A stretch of 64,000 nt of DNA, from the NCBI RefSeq assembly GCF_902713615.1, contig NC_052151.1, positions 125,053,927 through 125,117,926 on the forward strand, in the 5' to 3' direction. The first letter of the stretch is position 1; every line of letters begins with the position of its first letter. The translations under genes and the position numbers were made by a program. This document shows, piece by piece, positions 62,701 to 64,000 of the stretch. The notes below the pieces were generated by a model, which was not told where the DNA came from, searched no databases, and saw only the letters and a list, made by a program, of their open reading frames with translations. This stretch comes from Scyliorhinus canicula (lineage: Eukaryota).

Positions 62701-64000
62701 GTGGTCCTGCTGGTCATAGCTGCAGATGGTGACGTTGTCCAAGTACGGAAACGTGGCCCGCAGCCCGTACTGGTCCACCATTCGGTCCATTGCTCGTTGG
62801 AACACCGAGACCCAATTTGTGACACCAAAGGGAACCCGGAGGAAGTGGAAGAGGCGGCCATCAGCCTCGAACGCCGTGAAGTGGTGGTCCTCCGGGCGGA
62901 TTGGGAGCTGGTGGTATGCAGACTTAAGATCCACCGTGGAGAAAATCCGATACTGGCCGATCTGATTCACCATGTCTACAATCCTGGGGAGGGGGTACGC
63001 GTCGAGGAGCGTAAACCGATTAATAGTCTGACTATAGTCTACGACCATGCGGAATTTTTCCCCGGTCTTGACGACCACCACATGAGCTCTCCAGGGACTG
63101 TTACTGGCCTCTATGACCGCCTCACGTAGGAGCCTCCGGACCTCGGTTCGAATGAACACCCTGTCCTGTAGTCTGTACCGCCTGCTGCGAGTGGCTACGG
63201 GTTTACAGTCCGGAGTGAGATTGGCAAAGAGAGGAGGGGGGGGGGGGAATTCACAGCGTGGCTAGGCTGCAGATAGTGAGTGGGGGTAGAGGTCCGCCGA
63301 AGCTGAGGGTGAGACTCTTGAGATTGCATTGAAAGTCGAGTCCCAATAAGAGTGGGGCGCAGAGTTCGGGCAGGACGTATAGTTGAAAATTAGAGTAACT
63401 AGCGCCTTGGATCGTTAGAGTCGCGACGGTGCGTCCTTGGATGTGGACAGAGTGGGAACCTGAAGCGAGGGAGATAGTTTGCCGTGCAGGAAAAACAGCA
63501 TCTTACCAGATCTGGGTGTACGAAGCTCTCGGTGCTCCCGGAGTCGAAAAGGCACGGTGTACTGTACCCGTTGATTTGGACCGTTGTCATAGAGTTATGG
63601 AGATGTTTTGGGCGCGATTGGTCCAGTGTGACTGCGTTGAGTTGCGGGTAGTCGGCGGCTCGGTCAGCTGCGCTGGGGTGGCCCCGCGATGAGTACCCAC
63701 TGAGGTCGCAGTCTTCAATCAAATTTTCTGAGTTTGGAGAGGATGGAGCCCAAGATGGCCGCCCCCGTGGATCGCACGTGGCGGGCAGCGAGGAAGATGG
63801 CGGCCACCATGGATTGCACGTGGTGGGCGGGGGCGGAGTCGGGGTATAGGCCACAGTGTTCCGGGGCCTGCGAGTGCGGAGAGCGGTTGCTTTGTGCCGC
63901 GGGAGGGTTAGGGGCTGGGGCCTGCCGTGCCAGATACACTCTGGCGTAGTGACCTTTTCGCCCGCAGCTGCTGCAGGTCGCGTGGCGGGCCGGGCAGTGC
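59746..64000 (-). mobile_element. Gypsy LTR retrotransposon (3' LTR 59746-60062; 5' part outside the window), frameshifted
   Basis: Gag zinc knuckle CSSCGRKGHYARVY at the window end; protease LFDSGSTESF; RT VDLKSAYHQ, PFG, YLDN; RNase H ESDASEVAL; integrase HHCC, DFKG, HSDRG; PPT AGGGTGTGAA next to the TG...CA LTR. Confidence 0.95.
60785..61481 (+). mobile_element. Young CR1 3' fragment inserted in the Gypsy integrase
   Basis: Open ORF 60785-61396 (LYKVLVRPHLEYCVQFWSP...); tail TTCTTATG; GTT duplicated at 60782-60784 and 61482-61484, splitting the NPRGN|GQV motif. Confidence 0.95.

Overview
Vertebrate genomic DNA, very probably from a cartilaginous fish (a catshark-like shark, inferred from HE1/V-SINE, Deu-domain SINE and CR1/HER1-type repeats). 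It is almost entirely intronic and dense in transposons. The only host coding sequence I can support is a 68-nt first coding exon of a dystrobrevin gene (46403-46470, +, MIEECGRRGKTMAEKRQLFMDM; closest to DTNB), which the ORF track misses. The rest comprises tRNA-derived SINEs, CR1, Rex1/Babar, RTE, L1-like and Penelope fragments, solo LTRs with TSDs, two related Gypsy elements (- strand), hAT/Charlie elements and GC-rich Harbinger-like MITEs. Most notable: (1) a Gypsy element with no tRNA primer-binding site, whose PBS position is complementary to its own LTR (candidate self-priming), with a TATA-hairpin-Inr-ATTAAA layout shared by both Gypsy LTRs and a YLDN RT motif; (2) an intact tRNA-Ala(TGC) fused 5 nt upstream of a SINE and apparently retroposed with it as one unit into an LTR; (3) a 28S rRNA-CR1 chimera; (4) one SINE body carrying three different 3' tails; (5) a solo LTR inflated to 7.7 kb by nested insertions. 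All family names come from recognition by eye, with no database search; boundaries of old repeats are approximate.
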